Assembly (NCBI GenBank): GCA_008690995.1
Contig: VRMN01000010.1
Span: forward strand, 124,001 to 188,000
Source: Porphyridium purpureum
Taxonomy: Eukaryota
DNA length: 64,000 nt
Direction: 5' to 3'
Shown: positions 11,059 to 23,873 of the stretch, piece after piece
Numbering within the stretch: the stretch's first letter is position 1
How the letters are laid out: every line of letters begins with the position of its first letter
The notes under the pieces: model-generated
Told to the model about the DNA's origin: nothing
What the model saw: the letters and a program-made list of their open reading frames with translations, nothing else
The model's database searches: none
Program-made: the position numbers and the translations under genes

Positions 11059-12079
11059 ATTGACGCGTGCTTTCTCCAATGTCCAGCGCCGCTTGATCTC
11101 CTGGGCTCTGTCCAGAAAGCGCGTGGTCCTCAATTAAGTCCTGTGCATCCTCAGTTTCGCCGTTTAATATCTGTAGCGGGCGGTGCTCCCGCAGTGCGCG
11201 CAGAAGTCCTGCGCGCTGACGAGGGACCGGCTCAATGCCTAGGTTTGTTGCTGCGTCTCGCACTTCAGACACTGACAGCCTCTCGAGTGTCTCCTCGGTG
11301 TTCTATCTCACCCGTCCTCCCTCTCCTTTCTTTATTCTGGCCATTCTTCTCTTTCTAGTTCTTCTCGTGATCTTCTCCTGAAGCCCGCCGCTAACGACGG
11401 GCTTAAACTGTGGGAGATCGCATCAGCCCTGAGTTTAATCGAGTGTGAGTAATATTTAGGGCCCGGGAGGTCCAGAGGGGATACCATTGTACGGAAACGA
11501 TTAAGCGGTTATTGGATCGGTAGAACACTCGGATAGGTCAATTAGCTCCACGTTTCGAGGTGGAGGAGAAGCGTGCCGATACACGCGATACGCTTTCCAA
11601 CCTAAAAAGACACCGAATCGCGATTGTCAGTGCTTTTGCGTTGTGTCGTACTATCAAGGTGCGTATCTACTGGCAGTTTTGAGAGCGGATAGCTGCGCGC
11701 ACCTCCCGTGACCCGCGCAGCTTATTGCTTCGGTTTCCCGTTACGAGTCAACTAAAAGCTTTACCAGCCCCTTCTTACTGTCGTTCATCTTTATTCCCCG
11801 TCAGGCTATCCCACGGGGCGGAAGGTTTGTTCTTTTTCCATACACCCTTAACCTTTATTTTTGTTCTAGTGCTACTTTCCCGCCGCCGCTCGCCGCGTAT
11901 TTATACGCTGGTCAAGAAATTGAGGGTTCGGGTAACCCTCAAAGTAACTTGGTACATCTACACCTGTACTTGGTCAATTATTCACACGAATAATTGACAC
12001 TTTTTCTGTTCCACTCTGACGAGAACTCTACATTGCGACACGTCCACCGAGAGGCGGCTGGCTTTTGTAGCGCGCAGCC

Positions 12080-12990
12080 TAGCACGGAGCCCTTATTATG
12101 ACCGCAGTTATAACAAGGGTTGTGGGGAAGCGTGCTCTTGGATCTTTCACAACAGAAGATTCGCAGGTAACGGAGAGGCAGCTCATGTTATTGATCCGTA
12201 ACGGACTTGGGAATACACCTTTTCGTGTTTTCTGGTGGTATCTAGAGGGGAGCCCGATCATGTGGGGATAGCGGGAACTATCTGTGGATGTTGGTGTGCA
12301 GAGTACCATATCGGCGCACTGGCCCGTGGACAGGACGTTACGCGACCAAACTCAGCTCATCTAATTTTTCAGCTGGCCCTACCCAGGGACACGCTGGCAT
12401 TGATCACGATTCACCACCACGATTCTAAAACACACACCTTATCAGTTACCGGTTGGACGGTTTATCGACTACACCTTAACCGTTACCTGACCCGCTACTT
12501 TTGCACGCACCTCAACACGCATACGCGCATTGTGCGTGCACTTATGGCGCTACGCGTTCAAGGGTGACGCAAGTGGTGGTCATAGAAAACACCCGCGCCT
12601 CGATGCAGGCTCGCGCAGACGCGTTCTGAGTCTGCGCTGTTTTCCATGCGTGCTGCGCGAGCCGCAGATGCAATGCGCCGTGGGTGAGGAAAACCGCCAG
12701 TCGCGATTTTCATGGCCCCGTTTCGATGTTTCATATGTCAATTCGACGCCAGATGCGGCGTTTCGGGTGGAATGTCGCGATAGAAAATGCGAGCATGCAC
12801 GAGTAATGCGGCGATAGTTGGATGTCGGGAATCGCGAGTGACGTCTGGTTTCGCCGCACGCAACGGAGAGAGCGCGCGCGAGTAAGCGGAAGGGGCGGCG
12901 GTGAAGAGTTGTGCAGGGACGGACGGGTGTGTGGTTCACGCAAGCGGTAGCGTGTCGGTGCGGCGACGCGCGCGTGGATCGGAAAGGGGC
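12080..12990 (+). repeat. Duplicated upstream flank of the WD40 array unit (homologous to ~22420-23870 and in part to ~620-890 plus 5617-5851 and ~16500-16940)
   Basis: Shared blocks such as GTGGACAGGACGT(T/C)ACGCGACCAA, CGCACCTCAACACGCATACGCGC, GGCGTTTCGGGTGGAATG. Confidence 0.75.
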
Positions 12991-15075
12991 ATGGCGCGTC
13001 CGTTGACTTTGGTGGGGCACTCGGATACGGTGGTCGCGGTGGACTTTTCGCCCGATGGCCGGCTCATCGCGTCCGGCAGCTGGGATAACACGGTCAAGGT
13101 GTGGGACGCACACACCCGCGCTTGTGTGCGCACCATGGACCGCCACTCTCGTAAGGTGTGCGCGGTCCACTTTTCGCCCGATAGCCGGTTAATCGCGTCC
13201 GGCAGCCATGACAAAACGGTCAAGGTGTGGGACACGCACACCGGCGCGTGCGTGCACACATTGACGGGGCACTCAGATTTTGTGGAGGCGGTTCATTTTT
13301 CGCCCGATGGCCGTTTCATCGCGTCCGGCAGCGATGACGAGACGGTAAAGGTGTGGGATGCACACACGGGCGCGTGCGTGCACACGTTGACGGGGCACTC
13401 AGATTGTGTGGAGGCGGTTCGCTTTTCGCCCAATGGTCGATTCATTGCTTCCGGCAGCGATGACGAAAGGGTCAAGATTTGGAACGCGCAAACCGGCGCG
13501 TACGTGCGCTCATTGATCGGGCACTCGGATTGGGTTAAGGTGGTGCACTTTTCGCCCGACGGCCGGTTCATCGCGTCCGGTAGCGACGACGAGACGGTAA
13601 AGGTATGGGATGCAAACACTGGTGCATGCGTGCGCACATTGACGGGGCACTCAGGGGCGGTGAGCGCGGTGCACTTTTCGCCCGATGGCCGGTTCATTGC
13701 TTCCGGCAGCGACGACGAGACGGTTAGGGTATGGGACGCAAACACCGGCGCGTGCGTTCGCACATTGACAGGGCACTCAGGCGCGGTGGGCGCTGTGCAG
13801 TTTTCGGTCGACGGCCGCTTTATCGCGTCCGGTAACGACAACAAGAAGGTGAAGTTGTGGGACACAACCGACCTGAAGTGTGGCCCCGAAGGAACGCCAG
13901 GTGACGTTGACGAGGAAAAATATTGCAAGGACTATTGGGAGGTCGCCGACTCGGATGGGAGCCAAGCGTTGGACGCTCAGGAGGCGCTGGCGTTCTTCTC
14001 GAAGGCGCGGCTGCCGATGTCGGTGCTGCATCGGATGTGGGATGAGATTGCGATAGCTCGCGGCAAGCGTGCGCTTACCTATGACGACTTTGTGCTCGCA
14101 CTGCGGTGGGTTGCGCTGGCGCAGAACGGCGAGGAGGCGAGCCTCGCACGTGTGCAGCAAGGTTCGCTGTCACTGCGCGCCAAGATCGACGTACCCGGGT
14201 GGAACCCGTTCGACAGGGTCGCGCGCACGCTGTCAGAGACTGCGCGACACGAGGAGTACTGGAAGGTGGCCGACGCGGACGGAAGCGGGGAGGTGGACGT
14301 GCATGAAGCGGTAGCGTTTTTGTCCAAGTCTGGACTGCGGAGCCGCGTGCTGAATGAGATCTGGGGCCTTGCAACCAGCCAAGGGATGTTTTCGTCGCTG
14401 GACACGGAGCGGTTCAAGACTGCGCTGCGTCTGGTAGCAATGGCACAGAAGGAAATGAAGCTGGATGTGAAGGAGGCGGCAGGCGGCGAGATGGAACTGA
14501 TTGCGGACTTCAAAATCAATGCCGCGAAGCCGGAACCGGAACCGATGCCAGAGCCGATGCCAGAGCCAATGCCGAAGCCGATGCCAGAGCCAATGCCGAA
14601 GCCGATGCCGAAGCCGGTCACTGACTTGGAGAGGATGCTTGCGGAAACTGCGCTGGATGATCTGACGTGTGAGCAGCTGGCTCGAGTGCTGGAAGAGGTC
14701 TTGGAGGTTGATGGGGCCTCGGTGAGGAATGTGAGGGAGCGCCAGGTGAGCGGTGAGGCACTGCACGACATGAAGGAGTTCCAGGAGTTTGTGCAGCTGT
14801 CGTTCCCGGACAAGAAGAGAGTTGAAAAGTGGGTGGCGGGGCGGAAATCGTACGAAGGATTCGAGGAATACCTGTTTGGCGTGCTTGGTGGTGATTCGGA
14901 GCGCGCCGAGCGTGCGTGCGCTTTGCTTTTAGAGTCTCACGCTGTGTCGAACTTGGACGAGTGGTTGTGGTTTCGGAAGCAGCCCAGCAAGCGAACAAAT
15001 ATGAGAGTTATTGTGCGGCGCTTCCCGGAGCTCGGGACGTGGCCGGGCAGGCCGGAGGTGGAGGACTGGAAGTAG
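12991..15075 (+). CDS. WD40(x7)-EH-EH-linker-SAM-like protein, array copy 2
   Basis: ATG at 12991 (MARPLTLVGHS) aligns with the copy 1 start; C-terminal half nearly identical to copy 1. Confidence 0.9.
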   Translation: MARPLTLVGHSDTVVAVDFSPDGRLIASGSWDNTVKVWDAHTRACVRTMDRHSRKVCAVHFSPDSRLIASGSHDKTVKVWDTHTGACVHTLTGHSDFVEAVHFSPDGRFIASGSDDETVKVWDAHTGACVHTLTGHSDCVEAVRFSPNGRFIASGSDDERVKIWNAQTGAYVRSLIGHSDWVKVVHFSPDGRFIASGSDDETVKVWDANTGACVRTLTGHSGAVSAVHFSPDGRFIASGSDDETVRVWDANTGACVRTLTGHSGAVGAVQFSVDGRFIASGNDNKKVKLWDTTDLKCGPEGTPGDVDEEKYCKDYWEVADSDGSQALDAQEALAFFSKARLPMSVLHRMWDEIAIARGKRALTYDDFVLALRWVALAQNGEEASLARVQQGSLSLRAKIDVPGWNPFDRVARTLSETARHEEYWKVADADGSGEVDVHEAVAFLSKSGLRSRVLNEIWGLATSQGMFSSLDTERFKTALRLVAMAQKEMKLDVKEAAGGEMELIADFKINAAKPEPEPMPEPMPEPMPKPMPEPMPKPMPKPVTDLERMLAETALDDLTCEQLARVLEEVLEVDGASVRNVRERQVSGEALHDMKEFQEFVQLSFPDKKRVEKWVAGRKSYEGFEEYLFGVLGGDSERAERACALLLESHAVSNLDEWLWFRKQPSKRTNMRVIVRRFPELGTWPGRPEVEDWK

Positions 15076-16940
15076 GTCAGCGCTGGTGTCTTTGGGTTTT
15101 GAAAGGGACGAGTAGTGTCCCGGTGTCGTGCCGGTCGCTCGTGAGCGTGTGTCGGGTGCGCACGTAAGGGTGCCACTGACTGAACAGACCTTGCGAACAT
15201 CGACATGGTTGCTGCGCCTGGGACGGGCTATGTTTTCTGGCGCGTCGCAATAATGTCATTGTGTTGCTGCGGAAGGCCTGCCATGGAGCAGTTTATTGTT
15301 GCTGGCTGAAATATCCAAGCGCGGTCGCGCGTTTCCGGCGCCAGTGGCTGCACGGGCTGCGCTCTGCAAGCCACCTGCGAAGTTAATCCGGATGCGGTGT
15401 AAAACAAAGCTCGTGCTTACGCGCTGCTGCGACGGTTGCAAAGCGAGGATTGGAACCAGTGGCTCGGTGCGAATGTCCGCCAAAAATCACCAAGCCTCGC
15501 CAGTTTATGTGCGTGCAGCCAGATGGGCCTGAGTCCGCGGATGTTGTGTGCTCCCCAGGACGGTCTGATCTGGGATACTGTGTATGGCATGTCCACAAAA
15601 ATTGACTGGTGATTTAATACTTGGCCGGGCGTGATATTGCTGGGATCGTGCGCAAGCTCTTTGTAAATGTCACGCGCACAGGGACACATTCCTCGAGCAA
15701 CTATGGCATTCATCATCTACGCCGTGCCCGTGCAGTGTGAAAGTGCTTCCTCATCCACAACATTCGCACCCGCGCCCACCATATCCGCGAGTTTCTTGGT
15801 GACTCGCTGCGACCGCTCCATGTGACTCTTCCTGACACGTCGCCACTAGCTTCCAAAACACCGCCTTGCAGCTATCGCGGACGTCGTTTGATGCTCTTGC
15901 TCGTCGCGATTGTCTGAACTGACCGCACGGTACTCATGTCTGGACAAGTTCCAGAAGTCGGGCCTGTACGCGTAAGGTTGGATTCTCGTTTGTCTCCCTG
16001 GAATTGCAACTGTTGAAATACACGTGTTGTTGCTTTCGTTTGTTTACACCAAGCGCGGGGTCTGCCCGAACGTGAGCCGGTTCCTCCAAAGCTCGCAGAG
16101 AGATGTCGCACTGCCGAGTTGCTCTACTCCAGGCAGTGTCGCGAATGAATAAGACCCCTTCTTGTTTTCACAAACTTTTTCCTTATTGTTTTTACATTTA
16201 TTTTCAAAGTTGCATAGCTCCGCAAGCGGCCCTTCGTTTACACCCGACGGCACTGCCACGCGCCGATGTGTCAATTGCACTAAGGCCCTGGTGGACACGC
16301 ATGCACACGGATCGGCATTGTTCTGGTTGGTGATCTTGTCTTGCTGGTACGTTGTATCATGATCAACGCTGTCTAGGAAATGCTGGCACGACTGCTTGTC
16401 TGCACGTGGCTCAGTGGTACAGCCTGACAATGACGTGCGCTCTGATAAAGTGTTGAAAGTGGTTTTGACAAACACGAACTAGCGCGTTATGCATCCACCT
16501 CCAGAGCTGCGCGGTCGAGGGCGGGGCGGGTTGCGGTCACACAACATGCGCGCACGTCCATGCAGACGCGCACAGACGCGTTCTGATTCTGCACTGTCTA
16601 TGGTGCGTGCTACTCGGCAGCAGGCGCGATATGTCATCGGGCGGGAAAACGCCAGTCGCTATTTACACAGCCGCGTTACGATATTTCGGGCCTCCATTCG
16701 GCGCCAGATCCGGCGTTTCGGGTGGAATGGAAGAAAATGCGAGCGCGCGCGCTTAGCGGCGGTGGATGGATGTCGGGAATCGTGATTGGCGTCTAGTTTC
16801 GCCGCACGGAACGGAGTGGGCGCGCACGAGTGTGTGGGAGGGCCGGTGGTGAAGGCCTGTTTGTGGACGGGCGGGTGTGCGGTTGCCGCAAAAGAACACG
16901 GGAAGTGCGCGGCGACGCGCACGTGAAGCGAAAAAGAGGG

Positions 16941-19136
16941 ATGGCGATCGCGTTGAATTTGGTAGGGCACTCGTATGCGGTGGTCGCCCTGGACTTTTCG
17001 CCCGATGACCGCTTCATCGTGTCCGGAAGCTTTGACGACACGATCAAGGTGTGGGACGCACACAGCGGCGCGTGCTTGCGCACATTGACGGAGCACTCAG
17101 ATTGGCTGAGTGCGGTTCACTTTTCGCCCGACGGCCAGTTCATCGCGTCCGGCAGCCATGACGGAACGATCAAGGTGTGGGACGCACACACCGGCGCGTG
17201 CGTGCGCACATTGACGGAGCACTCAAATTTGGTTTTCACGGTGCGCTTTTCGCCCGATGGCCGGTTCATCGCGTCCGGCGGCAGCGACAGAACGGCCAAG
17301 GTGTGGGATGCATATACCGGCGCGTGCGTGCGTACCGTCATGGGGCACTCAAATTCCGTAAGTTCGGTGTACTTTTCGCCCGATGGCCGCTTCATCGCGT
17401 CCGGCAGCTGGGACAAAACGGTCAGGATGTGGGACACACACACCGGTGCATGCGAGCACACATTGACGGGACACTCAGGTGCGGTAAGCGCGGTGCACTT
17501 TTCGCCCGATGGCCGGTACATCGCGTCCGGCAGCGAGGATACGACGGTCAAGGTTTGGGATGCACAAACCGGCGCGTGCGTGCGCACAGTGGAGGGGCAC
17601 TCAGATGCGGTGAGCGCGATTCACTTCTCGCCCGATGGCCGGTTCATCGTGTCTGGCAGCAAAGACCAAGCGGTCAAGGTATGGGATGCACACACCGGCG
17701 CGTGCGTACGCACATTGATGGGGCACTCGAACTCGGTGCGTGTGGTGCTTTTTTCGCCCGACGGCCGCGTCGTCGCGTCTGGCGGCGGCGACAAAACGGC
17801 CAAGGTGTGGGACACGAGCGACCTCCAGTGTGGCCCCGAAGGAACGTCAAGCGCCGCGGACGAGGAAAATTATTGCAAAGATTATTGGAAGGTCGTCGAC
17901 TCGGATCGGAGCGGAGAGTTGGACGCTCAGAATGCACTGGTATTCTTCTCGAAGGCGCGGTTGCCGATCTCGGTTCTGTATCGGATGTGGGACGAGATTG
18001 CGACAGCTCGCGGCAAGCGCGCGCTCACCTACGACGACTTTGTGCTCGCACTGCGGTGGGTTGCGCTGGCGCAGAACGGCGAGGAGGCGAGCCTCGCACG
18101 TGTGCAGCAAGGTTCGTTGTCCTTGCACGCCAAGATCGACGTACCGGGTTGGAACCGGTTTGACACGGTTTTGCGCACGCCGTTGGAGACAGCGCGCCAT
18201 GAGGAGTACTGGAAGGTGGCTGTCGCAGACGGAAGCGGGGAGGTGGACGTGCATGAAGCGGTAGCGTTTTTGTCCAAGTCTGGACTGCGGAACCGCGTGC
18301 TGAATGAGATCTGGGGCCTTGCAACCAGTCAAGGGGTTTTTTCGTCCCTGGACACGGAGCGGTTCAAGACTGCGTTGCGTCTGGTGGCAATGGCGCAGAA
18401 GGGAATGAGGCTGGATGTGAAGGAGGCGGCAGGTGGCGAGATGGAACTGATTGCGGACTTCAAAATTAATGTCGCGAAGCCGGCGCCCGAGCCGGCGCCC
18501 GAGCAGGCGCCAAAACCGGTGCCGGAGCCTGTGCCAGAACCAGTGCCAGAGCCGGCGCCAGAACCGGTGCCAGAGCCGGTGCCAGAACCGTTGCCAGAAC
18601 CGGTGCCAGAACCGGTGCTAGAGCCGGTGTCGGAGCCGGTGTCAGATCCGTTCAGGCGGTCCCGAAACGACAGCCAGGGTGCTGACTTGAAGAAGACGCT
18701 TGCGGAAACTGCGCTGGATGATCTGACATGTGAGCAGCTGGCTCGAGTGCTGCAAGAGGTCTTCCAGGTTGATGAGGCCTCGGTGAGGAATGTGAGGGAG
18801 CGCAAGTTGAACGGTGACGCGCTGCACGACATGAGGGAGTTTCAAGAGCTTGCAAGGCTGTCATTTCCGGACAAGAAGAAAGTTGAAAAGTGGGTGGCGG
18901 GGCGGAAATCGTACGAAGGATTCGAGGAATACCTGTTTGGCGTGCTTGGTGGTGATTCGGAGCGCGCCGAGCGTGCGTGCGCTTTGCTTTTAGAGTCTCA
19001 CGCTGTGTCGAACTTGGACGAGTGGTTGTGGTTTCGGAAGCAGCCCAGCAAGCGGGCAAATATGAGAGTTATTGTGCGGCGCTTCCCGGAGCTCGGGACG
19101 TGGCCGGGCGGGCCGGAGGTGGAGGACTGGAAGTAG
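16941..19136 (+). CDS. WD40(x7)-EH-EH-linker-SAM-like protein, array copy 3 (most divergent, longest linker)
   Basis: ATG at 16941 ([11 protein letters not shown]); same architecture with PEPV/PEPA linker. Confidence 0.9.
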   Translation: MAIALNLVGHSYAVVALDFSPDDRFIVSGSFDDTIKVWDAHSGACLRTLTEHSDWLSAVHFSPDGQFIASGSHDGTIKVWDAHTGACVRTLTEHSNLVFTVRFSPDGRFIASGGSDRTAKVWDAYTGACVRTVMGHSNSVSSVYFSPDGRFIASGSWDKTVRMWDTHTGACEHTLTGHSGAVSAVHFSPDGRYIASGSEDTTVKVWDAQTGACVRTVEGHSDAVSAIHFSPDGRFIVSGSKDQAVKVWDAHTGACVRTLMGHSNSVRVVLFSPDGRVVASGGGDKTAKVWDTSDLQCGPEGTSSAADEENYCKDYWKVVDSDRSGELDAQNALVFFSKARLPISVLYRMWDEIATARGKRALTYDDFVLALRWVALAQNGEEASLARVQQGSLSLHAKIDVPGWNRFDTVLRTPLETARHEEYWKVAVADGSGEVDVHEAVAFLSKSGLRNRVLNEIWGLATSQGVFSSLDTERFKTALRLVAMAQKGMRLDVKEAAGGEMELIADFKINVAKPAPEPAPEQAPKPVPEPVPEPVPEPAPEPVPEPVPEPLPEPVPEPVLEPVSEPVSDPFRRSRNDSQGADLKKTLAETALDDLTCEQLARVLQEVFQVDEASVRNVRERKLNGDALHDMREFQELARLSFPDKKKVEKWVAGRKSYEGFEEYLFGVLGGDSERAERACALLLESHAVSNLDEWLWFRKQPSKRANMRVIVRRFPELGTWPGGPEVEDWK

Positions 19137-19969
19137 GTCAGCGCTGGTGTCTTTGGGTTCTGGAAGGGCTGAGCACTGTCCCGGTGTCGCGCCGGTCGCT
19201 CGTGAGCGTGTGTCGGGTGCGCACATGAGGGGGCCACTGGCTGAACAGACCCTGCGAACACCGACATGGTTGCTGCGCCTGGGACGGGCTATGTTTTCTG
19301 GCGCGTCGCAATAATGTCATTGTGTTGCTGCGGAAGGCCTGCCATGTAGCACTTTATTGTTGCTGGCTGAAATATCCAAGCGCGGTCGCGCGTTTCCGGC
19401 GCCAGTGGCTGCACGGACTGCGCTCTGCTAGCCACGCGCCAAGTTCATCCTGGTGCTGTCGAAAAGGATGCTCGTGCCTCTGCTCTGATGCGACGGTTAC
19501 ACAACGAGGATTAGGACCAATGGCTCGGTGCAAATGTGCGCCGAAAATCAGCAGGCCTCGCCAGTGTATGTACGTGCAGCCAGATGGGCCTGAGTCCGCG
19601 GATGTTCTGTGCTCCCCAGAACGGTCTGATGAGGGATACTTTGTGTCGTATGTCCACAAAGATGGCTGGTGACATTTTTGGGAGCGTATGCAGGCTCTTT
19701 ACAAATGCCATGCGCACGAACACATTCCTCGAGCAACTTTGGCACTCGGCATCTACGCCTTGCTCGCGCGCCGCGAGCGTGCTTCCTCAAACACACCATG
19801 TGAAGTGCGACCAAATCAAATAGGGGACAGTACGTTTTTTCAAGTTTCACTAGCAAAATGATCTGCTTTACTATAAAAGGGAAAGAGGTCCGGTGAAAAG
19901 GGAATGTGGAATAGGTCGAAACGGATAGGGGACACGGCACATTTCTGGCCATTACTCAGCCATAGAGAA

Positions 19970-20994
19970 TCAGAATTGGTCGCGGTTTCCTTGCACGTAC
20001 GCGCCTTGAAGACACGCACAGTCGAATATTCGTTTCGGCAGCGACGCGTACAAATTGGCCATCACAGGCTGGTCCAAAGTCTCCCAAGCCAGTAAAATGG
20101 CATTCTTGAGCTCTAGCACCGTCTGATACTGCCTTGCACCCTCGTAAACCTTGCGCGCTAGTATTCCCCACAGATTTTCGATAATATTGAAGTCCGGCGA
20201 GTACGCTGGCCAGTCTAGGAGCTCCACATTCTCGTTATTCATGAAATTCTTAACCAGGCAACTTTTGTGCACTGGCGCGTTATTCTGCTGAAAACCCATG
20301 TTCGGGCCCACTATCTGACGGCAGCGGTCCAGCATATTGTCCTCTCGAAGCAGGGAGAAATATTTTGCAGCCGTAAATGACCCTCAATAAAATGAAGGTG
20401 AATCTTTCCTCTTGCAGAAATTGCACTCCAAACCATGCATCCACCGCCGCCGGAATGTCGCGACCAAACGTTCGGAACGTCCGCCGTACGCTCAACCCAC
20501 GTCTTGTGGAAACCATCGGGTCCGTCCAGGTTGAACTTCTTTTCGTCAGTGAACACAATTGCGGCCCAATTGGTTTGTTCCAGCTGATGATGCCTGGCCC
20601 AGGCCAGCCTCTTGAGCTTGCGATTGAGTGTCAGTGGCGGACAAGCTGGAATTTTGCGGTATGCATGCGTGACACTCATTGCCTTCCTGATTGTCGTCAA
20701 GCTTTGGATTGGTTTAGCTCCACGAATTCGCAGAGCTGCTTGAACCTGACGTGCCGTGTGAATGTTCGGAAGCTTAGCGATGTTAAAAATCTTTGTTTTG
20801 ACCGCCTCAGTCAGCTTTGAAGCGTTCACATTGGCATATGTCTGGCAGTAATCGTTTGGAGCCGACAAATAGCGGGAAACCATTTTCTTCGAGTGCCCAA
20901 CCTTGGTCGTAGTGGCTCTCACGCTGTTGCCCGACTCTCGGAGACTCTGAATACGTCCTTTCTCGTCGCCCGTAAGGCCAATATTGCGCCCCAT
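19970..20994 (-). pseudogene. Tc1 transposase pseudogene (frameshift near 20378; catalytic D replaced, QQNNAP)
   Basis: FTDEKKFNLDGPDG in ORF 20311..20994 and WPAYSPDFNIIENLW in ORF 19970..20335. Residual inverted motif AAACGGATA(G/C)GGGACAC at ~19919 and ~21090. Confidence 0.88.
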
Positions 20995-21699
20995 GGAGTC
21001 AAAATCGAGCTTTTCACGAGCTGCGATGGATCCGCACTTCTCCGCTTACACTGAACAGCCGACTTCCGAGATATTTTGCTTTCACGCAGTGTCCCGTATC
21101 CGTTTTGAGCCAAAACTTTCGTCATAACCGTTGCAAACGAACCCGCCCGTTCTACGTTCATTGCAAAAGATCAAAATTTACCGTCAATCAACAATTTTTC
21201 TAGAAACCGTAGATAAAACAAACCACTGAGTCGTTGGAACGGTTACGGGATGATATGTCTTTAGCCGATTTGCCACCTAGACCGATTTTGTGACCGTGGT
21301 GACCGGGTTTTTGGTCCGAACACCCGAGTGCCTGCATCAGGCGGTCTTTAAGTCGATCAACCGTGATAAAACAGGGTCGCGGGGGCAATGCACATGAGGC
21401 ATTCGGACGTGAGCATCCGAAGTCACGCTTTCACCAGTCTCGCGGAGGCCAGGAAGGTGCACATGCTCCGTTTGTAGTTTGCGTTGCATTCCTGCAGCGG
21501 CCTCGGGAAAAGTCTTCAAAAGTAGCGCTGTGCGGGGCTGCGAGCTCATCTAGATAGAGAATATAACAACAGACATAGACAACTGCAAAGGCTGTTCAGT
21601 TCGGCGAAGAATATCGGTACGATTACACACAGGCTTTAACCATGGAACCGTTTGACTGTCCCCTTTCCATTTTCGTCGCACTTTGGTGGCAAAGCTTGT

Positions 21700-22345
21700 G
21701 ATGAAGCACGATTTCTCGACACGTCCTCCAGTGCGTGGCACTTCCCGCAAAAACACGCCACGTCCCTCATGTAGCTCCCGCCACACCCCGAGCAGAGTAT
21801 GGCTTCCGTCAGTACTCCACAGAGAAAACACGAACACGTATATTCCCAAGCCTTTTGCACACAATAATGTCAGCTACCTTTTCATCCTTAAGTTTTCCAG
21901 AACTTTTCATCTTTTCTAGCCCTAAAATAAATGCAGTCATCGTTGGCAGAAATGTAGCGTTAATTGTGATACATTCGAGTGCGAAGGTCGCCATCGTATT
22001 CGTGAGGATTCCAGAACTTCACACTTTTTAGAAAGTATGCAGCTGGCAAAGTTGAGCGTAGCACCGATAGCGAAGGAGCTGAAGACCAACGGCTCAGCTG
22101 TCCCCGCCGCAGCACATTTGCTGTTCGGAAACTTCACTCCGCTGAAAGGAGACCTCCAACCAAGCGACCACCTTTGTAACGCCAACCTTACATGTAAAAC
22201 TTTTCCAAGTCGCACTCCGTACCCAAGCCGCCGTGGTCGCGCTCTGCGCCGAGCTTCGTACGCGGGTTATAACCCAAGAGATGCTTTCTCTTGCGGTCGT
22301 GTCGCCAGCTGACAATCACAGCCGAGAGCTTCCCTTTTCAAGCCA
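21700..22345. repeat. Degenerate repeat, homologous to ~29900-30550 and in its right part to ~165-390
   Basis: Shared blocks AGCTCCCGCCACACCCC, CAGTACTCCACA, CCCAAGCCTTTTGCACACAA, GCCGAGCTTCG. Confidence 0.75.
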
Positions 22346-22923
22346 CAATGTCAAGATTTGGATGTGATAAAATGCATTTCTCCCGCCTCGCACTCATCGT
22401 CTGATCAGACATGCTCCATCTAGAGAACGTAGCTTGGCACGCGCTTATTTAATGATGTTGAGAAGGACGCACAGAAGATTCGCTAGGCGAGGTAGCTCAT
22501 GTAATGTTTTTGTAAAGGACTAGAGAATACACACTGTTGTGATTTCTTGTGGGATTTAGACCGGAGCCTGATCATCTAGGGATCGCAGGAGCTATTTTTG
22601 GACGTTGGTGTGAGCGGGAGACGCAACGGCGCACCGGTGCGTGGACAGGACGTCACGCGACCAAGCTCAGCTTATTTCCGACTTGCCCCAGGCGAGGACT
22701 CGCTGGCTTTGATTGGAAATCCCCGAGGTTATTCCGGCATTGTCGGTAACCTGCCTAACGGCTTGTCGACTACACGTTAAACGTTACCCGACCCGCTACT
22801 CGCGGCGCACCTCAACACGCATACGCGCGTTATGTGTGCACCTGCGACGCTGCGCGGTCGAAGGTGACGCGGCTGGCGCGTGTGTCAATGAAGACGCGCT
22901 CTGATCCTGCGCGCGTCTCCCTT

Positions 22924-23216
22924 TGTTATCCGTTCGACCCCAGTCACCTAGAACGGTTCGGTTAATCCGAAATCGGTAAGCCGTTAACCGGTAGACCGTT
23001 TAACCGTTTCTAGAAGCTTCTAGAGGTTCCAGAACCTTCTAGACGCGCGCAGAAATGCCAATGATTTGCATTGTCAATTCTCTTGGCGCCTTGCTGTCCC
23101 TGGCGGAAGTAACGGTATAAAAAGGCGACGCGCCTGCCCGGACTAGCCGGTCACGTCTTGCTCGGAGAGATGAGAGGAGGCAGAAGAGAGAGAATAAAGG
23201 CACAGCATTGGTAACA
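22924..23216. mobile_element. Solo LTR (293 bp)
   Basis: TGTTA...TAACA termini, perfect 5-bp TSD CCCTT. Confidence 0.9.
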
Positions 23217-23296
23217 CCCTTGCGTGCCGCGCCAATCGCAGGCGCAATGCGCCGTGGGGAGAAAAATGCCTGTCTCGATTTCCAGCCAAGATGCGG

Positions 23297-23609
23297 TGTT
23301 ATCAGCTGTGTATCTGATTTTTTTTTATTGTCGGTCTGTTCATTTTTCCTCTCCTTACCTCTTCTCTCTCCGAGCAAGACCTGATCGGCTTGTCCGGGCA
23401 GGCATGTCGCGATTCTATACCCTTACTTCCACCAGGGACAGGAAGGCGCCACGAGAAATGACAATGCAAATCATTGTCATTTCTGCGCACGTCTAGTTTC
23501 CGGAAGCGCTAGAAGCTTCTAGAAACGGTTAAAATGTCTAACGGTTCAACGGCTTAAAGGTTTTGCATGAACCGAACCGTTCTAGGTGACTGGGGTCGAA
23601 CGGATAACG
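23297..23609. mobile_element. Solo LTR of the same family in opposite orientation (313 bp)
   Basis: TGTTA...TAACG termini, perfect 5-bp TSD TGCGG; reverse-complement homolog of 22924-23216 and 10752-11058. Confidence 0.88.
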
Positions 23610-23873
23610 TGCGGCATCTCGTCCGTCAATTCGACGCCAGATCCTGCGTTTCGGGTGGAATGGTTTAGCGAATGCGCGCACACGAACGATGCGGCTCTGT
23701 TTCGATGCCGGGAGTCGTGATTGGCGACGAGTGTTGCCGCGCGAGACCGAGTGGGCGCGCACGAGTGTGGGGGAGGGCCGGTGGTGAAGGGTTGTTTGCG
23801 GACGGGCGGGTAGGCGGTTACCGCAAAAGACACGAAGCGTGCGTGGCGACGCAGGCGTGGAAGGGAAAAGGGG

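Noticed and set aside
16011..16474. Another solo LTR (TGTT...AACA) between copies 2 and 3
   Set aside because: Flanks GCAAC/CGAAC match only 3/5 and there is no second copy in the window
22924..23609. Single MITE/foldback element
   Set aside because: Each arm has its own 5-bp TSD and TG...CA-type ends, and the spacer is host sequence
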